A stretch of 64,000 nucleotides of DNA from Thermodesulfobacteriota bacterium (GCA_049320885.1 JBMORA010000044.1:1-64000); one strand, 5' to 3'. Counted from the stretch's first letter, positions 9,509-23,786 are shown. Program-made: numbers and translations. Notes: generated by a model not told the origin, from the letters alone.

Positions 9509-10564
9509 TCAGTCATCATAACCCGGCGGAAGGTCGGAAGCGTCCAATTGCGCGGTTGCCTCCGCAACGATTTCTTTTGGAAACATTTTCAATTCCTGGG
9601 GATCGAAGGGATAGGCCGGTAAATACTGGAGGATCAGTTGACACACGGCCCGGGCCTGGGCCTGGTCGCGCTTCTTTTTGATCGGATTCCGGTCGCGCTG
9701 CCGACCCAGCCATAGCTTATGCAGTGCAAAGGCGCGGGGGTCTGGCGTCGTCATGCTGGCCGGAAAACCGTCCTCGCCAATCACGGTGCTCGTGAATTTG
9801 GGGGAGGAAACCAGCCAATCCAGATTTCTGATTTCCGCTGCTTCCAGGTCCTCCTTGTCGCCCATCCGCCTGACTTCCTTTGCCCGGAGGTCCCGGGGTT
9901 CGGGTTTAACAAGGTCCACCATATATCCGGCCTGATTGACGGCCCGAAAGCTTTTCCGGCTGACGGGATCGAAGGTTTTGTCGGCTTTTCGCAAAATGCC
10001 GATCAGCCCGGATGTGTCCACCCGGCCCAGGGACAACAGCCGCAAGCGGGATCGTACATCCCACAGAATATCCATATCCTCGGTGGACGTGAGGCCGCTT
10101 TCGAAAAACACGCCGGCGGAAGCCTCATAGGCATACAAGGCGTTGGTTCCGATGACCGTCAGGTTGCGGCCCATGAGGTTGTGTTGCGCCAGCAGCCGCA
10201 GGATGGCGGTAACCAGTCTGGGCGCCCGGACGATTTTGACAGCCTTGCACAACCGCGCCTGCTCTCGCAATTTTTGGCGGAGTTCGCTCAGCTTGTCATC
10301 GAGCATTTTCTTGTTTTCATGAAACTTCCCGCAAATCGCCTCGGTTTCCGGAGATCGCGGTCCCAGGCTTTGGCCATAGCCATAGCGATCCCGGGATCGA
10401 AACAGATATTCCCGGCCTTTGGCTTTTTTCCAATGCATGCCGCCGCGATAACCGCGACTTTTATCATAGGCATCCGTATAGGCTTCATGCAATTGGGCCG
10501 TGTTGATGAAGATGCGGCGCTGCTCATTCGACATTTCGAATAATTGCATATAGTTTTCCATCAA
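9509..10564 (-). CDS. GSU2403-like nucleotidyltransferase-fold protein
   Basis: VIGTNALYAYEA...TEDMDILWD and PDPRAFALHKLWL motifs. Confidence 0.75.
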   Translation of the reverse strand: MMENYMQLFEMSNEQRRIFINTAQLHEAYTDAYDKSRGYRGGMHWKKAKGREYLFRSRDRYGYGQSLGPRSPETEAICGKFHENKKMLDDKLSELRQKLREQARLCKAVKIVRAPRLVTAILRLLAQHNLMGRNLTVIGTNALYAYEASAGVFFESGLTSTEDMDILWDVRSRLRLLSLGRVDTSGLIGILRKADKTFDPVSRKSFRAVNQAGYMVDLVKPEPRDLRAKEVRRMGDKEDLEAAEIRNLDWLVSSPKFTSTVIGEDGFPASMTTPDPRAFALHKLWLGRQRDRNPIKKKRDQAQARAVCQLILQYLPAYPFDPQELKMFPKEIVAEATAQLDASDLPPGYDD

Positions 10565-10746
10565 TAATAACCATTGAGAAACATGAAGGAAAACAACCGC
10601 TTTTCGAAAAATGAAAATTATTAAATATTATTAGGTTTTCCTTCAAATATCTTTTTTGTAACTTTGAAGGAAAACATAATAAAAGTCAAGCCTGATGCTA
10701 TCGATGGGTGCAATTACAATTGTGGGGCAATCATTTCGACCTCCCC

Positions 10747-10775
10747 TGGTTCCCAAGCTGGGGCTTGGGAACGAG
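10747..10775. repeat. REP-like palindrome
   Basis: GTTCCCAAGC-TGGG-GCTTGGGAAC hairpin. Confidence 0.6.
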
Positions 10776-10857
10776 AGTGGGCACAGCCAAAATGCCTGTG
10801 CCCACTGTGCCCAAATTGTGCCCGTCAAGGTCAACTTTTTTTGAGTTTTTCCAAACA

Positions 10858-11579
10858 ATGCCACAAAAAGCGAAAACAAATCGATCCCCTCGAGCAAGCC
10901 ATTGAAAAGGCTTTGTTGCCAGGAAGCTTCATCTCCTATCAAGCCGCCGGGTCATTCGTCGACAATGTTCAAGCGGTCGCGAATAACCTTGAAAAGACAA
11001 TCAATAAGGAGCCGGAACGAGCAGCCCGGCTATTCGAGACCTTTATCGCCGCTTGCCATGAAAAAGCCGATGAGATCGACGACTCCGGCGGTGATTTCGG
11101 CATGCTGGTTGAAGACCTGTTTCGTGATTGGATCAAAGCCCGCCAGGCAGCGAAACTGAATCCGGACGAAACCGCAGCGCTGTTGCTTTCCTGGATGGAA
11201 GACGATTCCTACGGATACGGAACTGGAAAATCTCAGCCACTACCGGACCGAACCGTTGGCACGCAAGCTGGAACGTTCTCATCCGGATATTTCCGCCAGG
11301 GTGTACCGTGCTCTCTGTATGCGAATCATCCATGCCGGCAAGAGCAAGTATTACGACACGGCCCTCGACAACCTGGAGCATACCAAGAAATGCTATGCCA
11401 AAGCCGGGCTCCTTGCCGACTGGCAGGCCGTGGTTGCCGACGTGCGCGAGAGACACTTTCGCAAAAAAGGATTCATGGCCGGGTTTGAGGATATCGTTTC
11501 CGGTACACCCAGATATGCCGAGCCACCCTTTCTGGAACGGGCAAAAGCCCGCTGGCCCAAAAAATCGGATGGTGGTTAA
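10858..11579 (+). pseudogene. Disrupted hypothetical protein gene
   Basis: Protein-like text split over frames (ATG 10858, ORF to 11488, ORF 11256-11579) with an abrupt switch near 11220. Confidence 0.5.
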
Positions 11580-11756
11580 ACTCAAAAACCCACATTATTA
11601 ACAAAATATCCTTCTTGTCCCAAAACGGCAGACAGTGTCTGCCGTTTTTCAAAAAACCGAATCCAGAGACTGTTATTGACACCCTTATATAAAACCGGCT
11701 ATAAATATTTCCAGTTTAAATAAAAATCGGAATTTTTTACTACCGGGTCACGGGTA

Positions 11757-13052
11757 ATGATTGAAACAATTAAATCCATCCTATTGGATTTTCAAGAAAC
11801 CAAGCTGCAAACCGGAGTACCCCGGCGGTTGCGGATCGAAACCGTTTCCGGCAAGGCCACCGTATGTATCGGGGTGCGACGGAGCGGCAAGTCGACGTAT
11901 CTGTTCCAGGTGATCCAGGGGCTGTTGGACCGCGGGGTGCCCCGGCAGAACATCCTGTATTTAAACTTTTTCGATGACCGCATTTACCACCTGCGTCCGG
12001 ACAATCTCGGTCTGATCACCGAAGCTTATTATTCCCTCTACCCGGAAAAGAAAGGTACCGAGACGGTTTATTGTTTTTTTGACGAGGTTCAGGCTGTTTC
12101 CGGCTGGGAACCCTTCATCGATCGGTTGATGTGCACGGAAAAATGCGAAATCTATCTGACGGGCTCATCAGCCAAGATGCTGTCAAAGGAGATTGCCACC
12201 CAGATGCGGGGGAGGGCGCTCGCCTGGGAGATGTTCCCATTTTCCTTCCGAGAATTCCTGGACTGCAAGGAAATCGAGTCCGCGGGCGCATTATCCACGA
12301 AGCAGCGGCTGACCGTTCAAAAGGCTTTTGGGGAATACTGGGAAACCGGCGGCTTCCCGGAGACCGTTGGTCGTAGCCGAAACCTGCGGATCAAAATTCA
12401 CCAGGAATATTTTCATACCCTCCTGTTTCGGGATTTGATCGAGCGCCACGACATCTCCCACCCAAAGGCCCTGACCGATCTGGCCCATCGGTTGGTGGAC
12501 AATATCGCCTCGCTGTACTCCGTCAACAGTCTCACGGGGTATCTGAAGTCTTTGGGGCACAAGGCGCCGAAGCCCGCAGTGTCGGAATACCTGGACTGGT
12601 TCGAGGATGCCTACTTCCTGTTCACCGTGCGCATCTTCGATCCATCCCTGGCCCGCAGCAATACCAATCCCAAAAAGATCTATTGCATCGATCATGCCCT
12701 GGTGACATCGGTGTCATCTGGAATTCTGGTCAACGCCGGGCACCTCCTGGAGAATCTTGTGTTCACGTCCCTGCGGCGCAGTTATCCAGAGATCTATTAC
12801 TACAAGACAAAAACCGGCAGGGAAGTCGACTTCATCGTCCCCATTCAAGGGGAGCCGCCCCTGCTGGTCCAGGTGTGCGCCACCCTGGCCGAACCCCAAA
12901 CGCGGAAACGGGAAACAGCCGCATTAAGCGAAGCCATGACGGAGCTGGGCGTGAAAACCGGAACCATCGTTACCCGGAACGAAGAAGAATCCATCGAGAC
13001 CGATGGCGGGACGATCCAGGTGGTTCCGGCCTGGCGATTCCTTCTCGACTAA
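11757..13052 (+). CDS. AAA_14 / DUF4143-type ATP-binding protein
   Basis: GVRRSGKST Walker A, FFDEVQ Walker B, TGSSA, GGFPE, KKIYCID, EVDF. Confidence 0.9.
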   Translation: MIETIKSILLDFQETKLQTGVPRRLRIETVSGKATVCIGVRRSGKSTYLFQVIQGLLDRGVPRQNILYLNFFDDRIYHLRPDNLGLITEAYYSLYPEKKGTETVYCFFDEVQAVSGWEPFIDRLMCTEKCEIYLTGSSAKMLSKEIATQMRGRALAWEMFPFSFREFLDCKEIESAGALSTKQRLTVQKAFGEYWETGGFPETVGRSRNLRIKIHQEYFHTLLFRDLIERHDISHPKALTDLAHRLVDNIASLYSVNSLTGYLKSLGHKAPKPAVSEYLDWFEDAYFLFTVRIFDPSLARSNTNPKKIYCIDHALVTSVSSGILVNAGHLLENLVFTSLRRSYPEIYYYKTKTGREVDFIVPIQGEPPLLVQVCATLAEPQTRKRETAALSEAMTELGVKTGTIVTRNEEESIETDGGTIQVVPAWRFLLD

Positions 13053-13059
13053 AAACCAG

Positions 13060-13407
13060 TGACAATATATCTCATATGGAATCCGGTATGTATTCCTTCC
13101 GGAGCGCGGTGAAATAACGCGAGGGTTGGCGACGATTTCGGCGGCCGCGCCTTTAGCAAACGAAATGGTTACCTCCGGGGATCCACCACTGGTCTGGCCT
13201 GATCCGGATGGTGAAACGCGCGGCCAATCTTTCTCGCCCTTATACAAATCCGCACCCAAAGCAGCTCGAAAAGATGAAAAGCTGTTTAAACTGCTTGTTT
13301 TGGTCGATGCGATTCGCGGTGGCAATACCAGAGAGCGAAAAATAGCATCAACTGAAATCCAAAAAAGATTGCACGCCTATCATGATACCGGTGAACCCGA
13401 ACATTGA
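13060..13407 (+). pseudogene. 3' remnant of a type IV TA (AbiEi-like) antitoxin
   Basis: PLVWPDPDGETRG...PLY...LVDAIRGG motif; N-terminal HTH absent. Confidence 0.55.
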
Positions 13408-13801
13408 AATGCTTGAAACAGCCGCCCGGGACTTGGGGCCGCTTCTTCCGGAAACCTTATTTTTGGGCGGCGCGGCCACTGGTTTGCTGCTGACGGACCC
13501 GGCGGCGCCCATTTGCAGATGGCAAAAACAACCCATCATTCTGGACGTTATACCGACGGATCCGAGTATTCTGGGATTTGGAAACTGCTGGTTTGCAGAG
13601 GCATTTGCTTCGGCGATACCCGATCGTCTGCCCTCGGGACAAGAAATCAAATTGCTGCCGGCACCTTACTTTCTGGCAACAAAAATGGAGGCCTTTCTGC
13701 ATCGCGGAAGCAACGACCATATCCTGAGCACCGACATGGAAGACATCATCGTTCTTGTTCTTTCGGAAATTCGTATAATTGGATATGGAAATTTTCATTG
13801 A
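13382..13801 (+). pseudogene. Internally deleted AbiEii-like nucleotidyltransferase
   Basis: FLGGAATGLLLTD runs straight into CRW...LDVIPTD...FLATKMEAFLHRG...DMEDII; catalytic DxD segment missing. Confidence 0.6.
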
Positions 13802-13865
13802 AAAAGGATGAATTTACAAATACGATTCCAGCAATTCTCACAGACTTCTTGGAAAGGAAATCCGG

Positions 13866-14042
13866 ATGGTGGAAAAATCGGTCTCCGATCAATGTTCGAA
13901 TGATACCCAGGAATTTATAATCAATATCCCGTGCCGGCTGGCGGAACGGGTGGAAAGATATGCGAAAGACAGCGGCAATACCATAACCGGCGTTATCATC
14001 GAGGCGCTGGATGCGTTGCTGAGAGGACGAAAGACAGATTAA
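13866..14042 (+). CDS. Small ribbon-helix-helix (CopG-like) protein, 58 aa, below the ORF-track cutoff
   Basis: MVEKSVSDQCSNDTQEFIINIPCRLAERVERYAKDSGNTITGVIIEALDALLRGRKTD; same-length homologue at 59638-59814. Confidence 0.75.
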   Translation: MVEKSVSDQCSNDTQEFIINIPCRLAERVERYAKDSGNTITGVIIEALDALLRGRKTD

Positions 14043-14096
14043 CTGCCGATGACCCGAACCTTTTCGACAAAGGATCAACCATGAATCTGTGACACC

Positions 14097-15338
14097 GTGA
14101 AAAATCAATTCACCAGAATAAACCGCTGTAGGAACAAGCGAAACCTGATCACTTTTCTATTGTTCCTGGTGCCGGGGGTTCATTCATATGCCGGACAGGC
14201 AACCCTTACCTGGGATCCGGCCGATGATCCACGGGTGGTGGAATACCGGGTATTCATGCGGATGGAAAAGGAGCCGTATGATTATGAATCACCCGTCTGG
14301 AAAGGGATGGAAACCACTTGCGTCCTGACGAACCTGGAAGATGATCGGACCAGCTTTTTTGTAGTCCGCACCGTGGATGAACATGCCAATGAATCCATTG
14401 ATTCCAACGAAGTTTGCAATTATCGTCCGGTGTTATCCTATCCCGCAAACACCATGACAGACATTGTCCTGTCACCGGAGATGGAAACGCTCCATCATTC
14501 CGATGAACGTTATCCGGCCTTCCATGCCGCGACAGTATGGCAGATCAGCACCGCTTTCGATTTCACACCGGAATCCATCGTATTTGAGTCCCGGACAGGT
14601 CTTTATTTATATAATGTTTCCCTACCTGATCTCATTCTCGACCCCGAAAAAGTCTATTACTGGCGGGTGCGGCATGTAGACCATTATCGTTCGGTTTCAC
14701 CATGGTCTTTGCCTTTCTCCTTCACCACAACCGCGTATTCAGACGAAAAGGATGATAATGGCAATGGTATCCCGGACCATCAGGAACTCCTTTATGGATT
14801 GGACGATACCATCGATCTGGACCAGAACGGGATTGGGGACATCAAACAAAACGACATATGGGTTGTTCGAGCAACCAACCCCGCCGGATATATCGGATTA
14901 ACAATAAAAAATTTTCCCGAGCAGCTGAAACTTGATTTCCGCTTCCTTAAAACCATTGACCTGCCGCTGCCGACAGATCTGGCAGGCGTCGTCCCCAACC
15001 GGTTCCTTTCTGGAATTGTCTTTAAAAGCCTCATCGATCCTCCCGGGTCGATGGTTGCGGTCGATATTGTCATATCCAAAATCGATATGGCGGAACCCAT
15101 CTGGTACCACCGTGACCCGGACAGCGGCTGGCGACACAGCGAAGCAGCATCTTTCGATGATCCGGCAGCGACCTTCTCCTTACAAATACAAGACGGTGGG
15201 GAGGGAGATGACGATGGCACCGCCAATGGCTCCATTACCCATACCGGCGGCTTTTCGCCAAGGCGCATAGCCCCGCCCGCCGGGGATGACAGGGATGGGG
15301 GACCATGCTTTGTGAATTCCATTCCCTGGAATCGGTGA
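14097..15338 (+). CDS. Secreted FN3-domain protein with a choice-of-anchor-U-like region and a C-terminal Cys-Phe box
   Basis: Signal peptide, ATLTWD FN3 start, YYWRVR repeat, DDNGNGIPD calcium loops, QDGGEGDDDGTANG motif, GGPCFVNSI end. Confidence 0.7.
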   Translation: MKNQFTRINRCRNKRNLITFLLFLVPGVHSYAGQATLTWDPADDPRVVEYRVFMRMEKEPYDYESPVWKGMETTCVLTNLEDDRTSFFVVRTVDEHANESIDSNEVCNYRPVLSYPANTMTDIVLSPEMETLHHSDERYPAFHAATVWQISTAFDFTPESIVFESRTGLYLYNVSLPDLILDPEKVYYWRVRHVDHYRSVSPWSLPFSFTTTAYSDEKDDNGNGIPDHQELLYGLDDTIDLDQNGIGDIKQNDIWVVRATNPAGYIGLTIKNFPEQLKLDFRFLKTIDLPLPTDLAGVVPNRFLSGIVFKSLIDPPGSMVAVDIVISKIDMAEPIWYHRDPDSGWRHSEAASFDDPAATFSLQIQDGGEGDDDGTANGSITHTGGFSPRRIAPPAGDDRDGGPCFVNSIPWNR

Positions 15339-15512
15339 TCCGATTTTCGGTTCCGATGGCCTTCCCATATGATAGTTATCTGATGATGTTACAAATATTG
15401 TTTGACAGTCTGTCAGGCTGAATTTATAAACGGTAATTCGCTACCGAATACCGCATGAAAGGCATACGGTATTGAGGGGCTGGTCTGACAGAAGAATGAT
15501 AATAAAGGTCCT

Positions 15513-17120
15513 ATGAAAGTCGCATTGATTGTTTCTCCGTATCCCCTGGAAGAATCCCCGGCGCCCCCTTTGGGTTTATGCTATGCAGCGGCGGCATTTG
15601 AAGCTGCCGGAGCCGAGGTGTGTATATTGGATTATCTGGTTCGGCAATACACCCCTGAAAAACTGTTTGCCGAGCTTTCCCGTTTTCAACCGGATATCGT
15701 GGGCACCAATTCGGTTACCCTAAATTTTTATCAAGCGGCGGCCATTCTGAAAACCGTCAAGCAACTGTTTCCCGATGTCATCACGGTAATGGGTGGGCCG
15801 CATGTATCCTTCGATTATCAAAATACCCTGAAGCAGTACCCGGAAATCGATCTTATTGTCGTCGGAGAGGGCGAGGAGACGATTCGCGAGGTGGTCCAAA
15901 GCAACTGTGACCGACGGCAATGGGCCGCTATTAAGGGAATCGCATATCTACAAGAAAGTGAGCCCTGGTTCACCGGAAAGCGGGATTTCATCCAGGATTT
16001 AGACTCGCTGCCCCTGCCGGCTCGTCATTTGATCCCGCTATCCAGATACCAGGCGCTTGGTTTTCCAGTCAGTATCATCACCAGCCGGGGGTGCCCCAAT
16101 CAATGCATTTTTTGTCAGGGCAGACGGATGGTGGGAGCAAAAGTTCGGTATCGAAGCATTTCGAAAATGTTCGATGAAATTGAATCCATTCTGGATTATG
16201 GATTCAACCGGTTGAACATCGCCGACGATTTTTTTACTTCCAATCGAGACAGGGTAATGGCGTTTTGTGAGGAAATCCATAAACGTAACCTCCATTTCGG
16301 CTGGAGCGCCTTTGCAAGAGCAGATTCCGTCAACCAGGAAATCCTGAAAACCATGCTGGATGCCGGTTGTGATTCGGTACTCTTCGGGATCGAGTCCGGA
16401 AATCAGGAAATGCTCGACCGGATTCGCAAACGGGTTAAACTGAACCGGATCCGGGAAGCTGTCGCGGATTGCCGAGCAGTGGGAATGCGCGTACTAGGGA
16501 CCTTTATTGTGGGTCTTCCCGGTGAAACCCAAGAAACCCTGATGGACAGCCACCGGTTTGCCCAGGAATTGGGTATTGAATACGGCTATCATTTCTTAGC
16601 ACCGTTTCCTGGCACGACCGTAAAAGAAAACATCCAGGATTATGACCTTCAATTGCTGACGGAAGATTGGTCCTGTTTTGACGCCAACAGGGCCATTGTA
16701 AAAACATCTCAGCTATCGGCAGAGGATATAGAACGATTTGTTCATGATTACTATTTTTCACATGTTCAGGCAGAGGAAGAGGAGGCGTTGAAAAGATGCC
16801 AGCAAGGGCAGGGCACGGAAATGGAGTTGCTGCTGTATATCGGAAAACAGAAGAACGAAATTGTGCATCAACTTTTCAGTCGCGATCTGATCGAATCCCA
16901 TGCGATTTTCCCTTTTTCGGACGATAACGGCCAATCCCTTCATCAACTGACGGATATGATTGCAACCCAATTGAACAAGGAAATCCAGATCGTCGAACCG
17001 ATTATTCGCCAGATCATTCGCAGCGGATATTTAACATCCAAAACAGCCGACGGGGTCATCAAATGGCACTGGACACATAATAACAAAATGGAACAGCCGC
17101 CGATCATACTGAAAAACTAA
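15513..17120 (+). CDS. Cobalamin-binding radical SAM protein
   Basis: PPLGLCY, GGPHVS, GEGE B12-binding domain; SRGCPNQCIFC CxxxCxxC. Confidence 0.92.
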   Translation: MKVALIVSPYPLEESPAPPLGLCYAAAAFEAAGAEVCILDYLVRQYTPEKLFAELSRFQPDIVGTNSVTLNFYQAAAILKTVKQLFPDVITVMGGPHVSFDYQNTLKQYPEIDLIVVGEGEETIREVVQSNCDRRQWAAIKGIAYLQESEPWFTGKRDFIQDLDSLPLPARHLIPLSRYQALGFPVSIITSRGCPNQCIFCQGRRMVGAKVRYRSISKMFDEIESILDYGFNRLNIADDFFTSNRDRVMAFCEEIHKRNLHFGWSAFARADSVNQEILKTMLDAGCDSVLFGIESGNQEMLDRIRKRVKLNRIREAVADCRAVGMRVLGTFIVGLPGETQETLMDSHRFAQELGIEYGYHFLAPFPGTTVKENIQDYDLQLLTEDWSCFDANRAIVKTSQLSAEDIERFVHDYYFSHVQAEEEEALKRCQQGQGTEMELLLYIGKQKNEIVHQLFSRDLIESHAIFPFSDDNGQSLHQLTDMIATQLNKEIQIVEPIIRQIIRSGYLTSKTADGVIKWHWTHNNKMEQPPIILKN

Positions 17121-18289
17121 TGAATGAATCTCGTACCCAATGCAGCGAAACGATAACCAGACAAAATAAAAAGGCCCCTATCCACCGCCAACAGCAAAAA
17201 TTGGAGGCCGTCGGTACGCTTGCTTCTGGTATTGCTCATGAATTCAATAATATATTATGGATCATCAACGGCAATGTCGATCTGGCCCTACAAGCGATCA
17301 CCCCTGGAAATGCCGCCCGCTATCATTTGGAACAAATCGAGGACGCCTGTAACCGTGCAAAGGATTTGGTAACACAGCTAATTGGATTTACAAGTCAGAC
17401 CGAGCAACACCCAGAGCCGCTCAAAATCGGTATCATCGTCAGTGAATTCCTAAAACTGTTGCGCAGTTCAATTCCTTCCAGCATCCAGATTCAGCAACAT
17501 CTTTCTGCAAAACACGATACAGTGCTTGCTGATTTATCTCAAATTCACCAACTTCTGATGAATCTCTGTTCCAATGCGGCATTTTCCATGCGGAAAACCG
17601 GCGGTCAATTACAGGTCAGTCTGGTGAATATCGAACTTACCGATAAGGATGTAACACCATATGAACATCAAAAACCGGGCCGATATCTTGTTCTCAGTGT
17701 GACGAATACCGGTTCTTCAAATGAATCCAGTACCCACGAAAACCGGAAAGCCCTTTCGGTGGTTTTTGGAATTGTTAAACATCATAATGGGTTGATCAAT
17801 ATTCAAGATTTAAGAAATAAAGGAAAAAGCATTCATGTATTTTTACCCTGCCTGGAGGAAGAATCGGTTACTTCGGATGAATTAGCGGATGAAACGATCC
17901 TGAAAGGAAAAGAATGCATCTTATTTATTGACGATGAACCGGCAATTGTCGATGCCTGTGAACGGATTCTGGAGCGGCTCGGTTATGAGGTGGAAGCATT
18001 TACCAATAGCGAGAATGCCGTGCAGTTGTTTCAAGAAAAACCCGGCCGATTCGATTTGGTTATCACGGACATGACCATGCCGGATTTAAATGGAGTGGAT
18101 GTTTTTGCGAAATTAACCGCCATTCGAAACGATATTCCTGTCATTCTTTGCACTGGATACAGTGATCTGATATCTCCAAATGAAGCTTATTCTATTGGTT
18201 TTAAAGATTTTTTTTATAAACCGGTAAATAAACAGGAGTTGATGACAGTGGTTCGTCGCGTTTTAGATCGAAAAAATCCTTCCGGGTGA
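17120..18289 (+). CDS. Sensorless hybrid histidine kinase / receiver protein with a degenerate ATP lid
   Basis: GIAHEFNN H-box, LMNLCSNA N-box, receiver FIDDE / ITDMTMP / KP; G1, F and G2 boxes eroded. Confidence 0.85.
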   Translation: MNESRTQCSETITRQNKKAPIHRQQQKLEAVGTLASGIAHEFNNILWIINGNVDLALQAITPGNAARYHLEQIEDACNRAKDLVTQLIGFTSQTEQHPEPLKIGIIVSEFLKLLRSSIPSSIQIQQHLSAKHDTVLADLSQIHQLLMNLCSNAAFSMRKTGGQLQVSLVNIELTDKDVTPYEHQKPGRYLVLSVTNTGSSNESSTHENRKALSVVFGIVKHHNGLINIQDLRNKGKSIHVFLPCLEEESVTSDELADETILKGKECILFIDDEPAIVDACERILERLGYEVEAFTNSENAVQLFQEKPGRFDLVITDMTMPDLNGVDVFAKLTAIRNDIPVILCTGYSDLISPNEAYSIGFKDFFYKPVNKQELMTVVRRVLDRKNPSG

Positions 18290-18339
18290 TGCCAGCAGAA
18301 TCGTCATCAGCCTTCTTCAGCATAATCTTGCGCAGTTGA

Positions 18340-21896
<3,557 letters not shown>

Positions 21897-22241
21897 ACAA
21901 TATCCCAACGGTTAAGGGTGTGTTTGAACAAATACGGATCGGATATATGAGAGTTACTGAATAATAACTTACCGGCAAAAGATCAATACCAAAAAACGAG
22001 TCGATAACTACCAAAAATTATATTTATTTTTCTATTTTTGTAAAGAAAGGATAATAAGAGCTGTCAATAAACACTGAATTTTTTATAACTATATTTAATT
22101 TATACAAATTATTAAATTTTAGTCCATATGAAAAATTGTCAATCACCGATGATTTATCAACAGGGTTTTTCAGCCTGTTCACAACCTCCTGTTTATGAAC
22201 AAGCCATATTTCATATTGTTGACAAAACAAAATTTCATCTT

Positions 22242-23786
22242 TCAAGGTTGAATAACAACATCAATTCGTCGGTTTATAGCCTGCCCTTCTTCATTTTCAT
22301 TACTGGCAATGGGTCTAGCCTCGCCATAGCCGATCACCTCAATCCGGGTTGGTGAAATGGTGGAATTGGATATAATATATTCGGAAACGGCTTTGGCCCG
22401 TTCCTCCGATAATGTTTGATTGGTTTTATCGCTGCCCCTGCTGTCTGTATGACCTTCAAAAACAATGCGACAACCGGGGAACTCATTGATAGCGCTGATG
22501 GTGCGATTCAGCAAATTGACATATTTGGGTTCGATGGTGGCTTTCCCGATTGGGAACGAAAGACCGTGAAGCCGGATAATAATATTCTCTCCATCCAGTA
22601 AGACCTTGGCTTCGGCAGGCGAATACAACAATCCGATCCGGTTTATTTTGTTTTTCCTGATTTTTTCTTGCTCCACTTTTGACTGTAATTTATTTTTTGT
22701 ATTGGATAATTGATTCAATTCCTCATTTATTTTCATCAGTTGATTCTGGGCATTGTATATTTCCGTATCTTTTTGCGCCAGTTTATTGAAATATTCATTT
22801 CGATATTCTTTCAGCTGTTGTGACATCATAAGTTGGTTATTTTTTAATTTTTTTATGTTATTAATAATATTATTTACAGAAATTTCCATTCCCTGATCGA
22901 ATTTGGGATCGATATCCAGTTCGAGGCCAATTTTCCGAAGCGAGTCCTCCAAATTCAACATAATCGATTCGATGGATTGATCCGTATCATCCATTTGTTT
23001 TATCGCTTGATAAAGATAAATTGCGTGGTTGGTTTCATAGGCTGCCTGGTCGGCGATTTGAGGCGCTTCGGTTTGATCGTAACGGTTTGCGCGAAAGAGA
23101 GATTCTGATTTCATTGCAAGTTTACGGGCTTTTTCGTAGGTCAGGGGAGCATAACTTTTTACGCCCATATCATCCGCTTTATCCAGTAATAACCACACAT
23201 TTTGAAGGTATTGACTTTGTATGGAAAATAATTCTATTTCACGATATATTTTTTCCGATTCCGCCGCTGTTTCTTTGGCTTTTTCCATATTATCATCTTC
23301 CAGCTCGGCGGCTGCTTCATGGAAAAGATCTTCCGCTTCCTTCCATTTTTCAATTTCATAAGTCGGGCCATTAACCTTCAGACAATCCTCTCTGGCCTTG
23401 ATGATGGCGGAAAAAAAATCAGCAGCCAATGAAACGTGCTGGAGGGCTTTTTCAAAATTGGAAATGGAATCATTCACCTGTTGTCTGATTTCGGAAATAT
23501 CATCGCCGTTATCGTAACTCGCTTTTGCATCATTGTAGCATTCCATACCGGCTGCAAAAGAAGCAGGGGAATAGATATCCGCTTTTGCTTTTAAGGCGGA
23601 CTTCATTTTCTCTTCCACACTGGCGAACAAGGTTTCCCGCGATAACGGTGTGGTCGCCATACCCGTATTCGCTATCCAAAGGATCAATAACACCCCAAAA
23701 AAGACTTTCAGAAGAAAGAAGTGATCCATGCAAGGCCGGTTCATGCAATCCTCCCATTTATTCCCAATCAATGAGCTGGTTTTCAT
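22242..23786 (-). CDS. OmpA-family peptidoglycan-binding protein with helical N-terminus
   Basis: EGHTDSRG...NQTLSEERAKAV...NRRID; signal/TM segment; true start may be further in. Confidence 0.9.
   Translation of the reverse strand: MKTSSLIGNKWEDCMNRPCMDHFFLLKVFFGVLLILWIANTGMATTPLSRETLFASVEEKMKSALKAKADIYSPASFAAGMECYNDAKASYDNGDDISEIRQQVNDSISNFEKALQHVSLAADFFSAIIKAREDCLKVNGPTYEIEKWKEAEDLFHEAAAELEDDNMEKAKETAAESEKIYREIELFSIQSQYLQNVWLLLDKADDMGVKSYAPLTYEKARKLAMKSESLFRANRYDQTEAPQIADQAAYETNHAIYLYQAIKQMDDTDQSIESIMLNLEDSLRKIGLELDIDPKFDQGMEISVNNIINNIKKLKNNQLMMSQQLKEYRNEYFNKLAQKDTEIYNAQNQLMKINEELNQLSNTKNKLQSKVEQEKIRKNKINRIGLLYSPAEAKVLLDGENIIIRLHGLSFPIGKATIEPKYVNLLNRTISAINEFPGCRIVFEGHTDSRGSDKTNQTLSEERAKAVSEYIISNSTISPTRIEVIGYGEARPIASNENEEGQAINRRIDVVIQP

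Larger units (their letters stand above)
630..14060. mobile_element. Integrative element 1 (rep-xis-int module plus TA/defence cargo); right boundary uncertain
   Basis: Integrase next to tRNA-Arg; module homologous to 59.6-62.75 kb; GGGCACAATT repeats at 692-713 and 10797-10824; RHH gene at 13866; many remnants. No tRNA-Arg fragment found at the far end. Confidence 0.65.

Noticed and set aside
10825..15500. Expected displaced tRNA-Arg fragment marking the far end of element 1
   Set aside because: Searched by eye and not found, so the boundary and the tRNA-Arg target remain unproven
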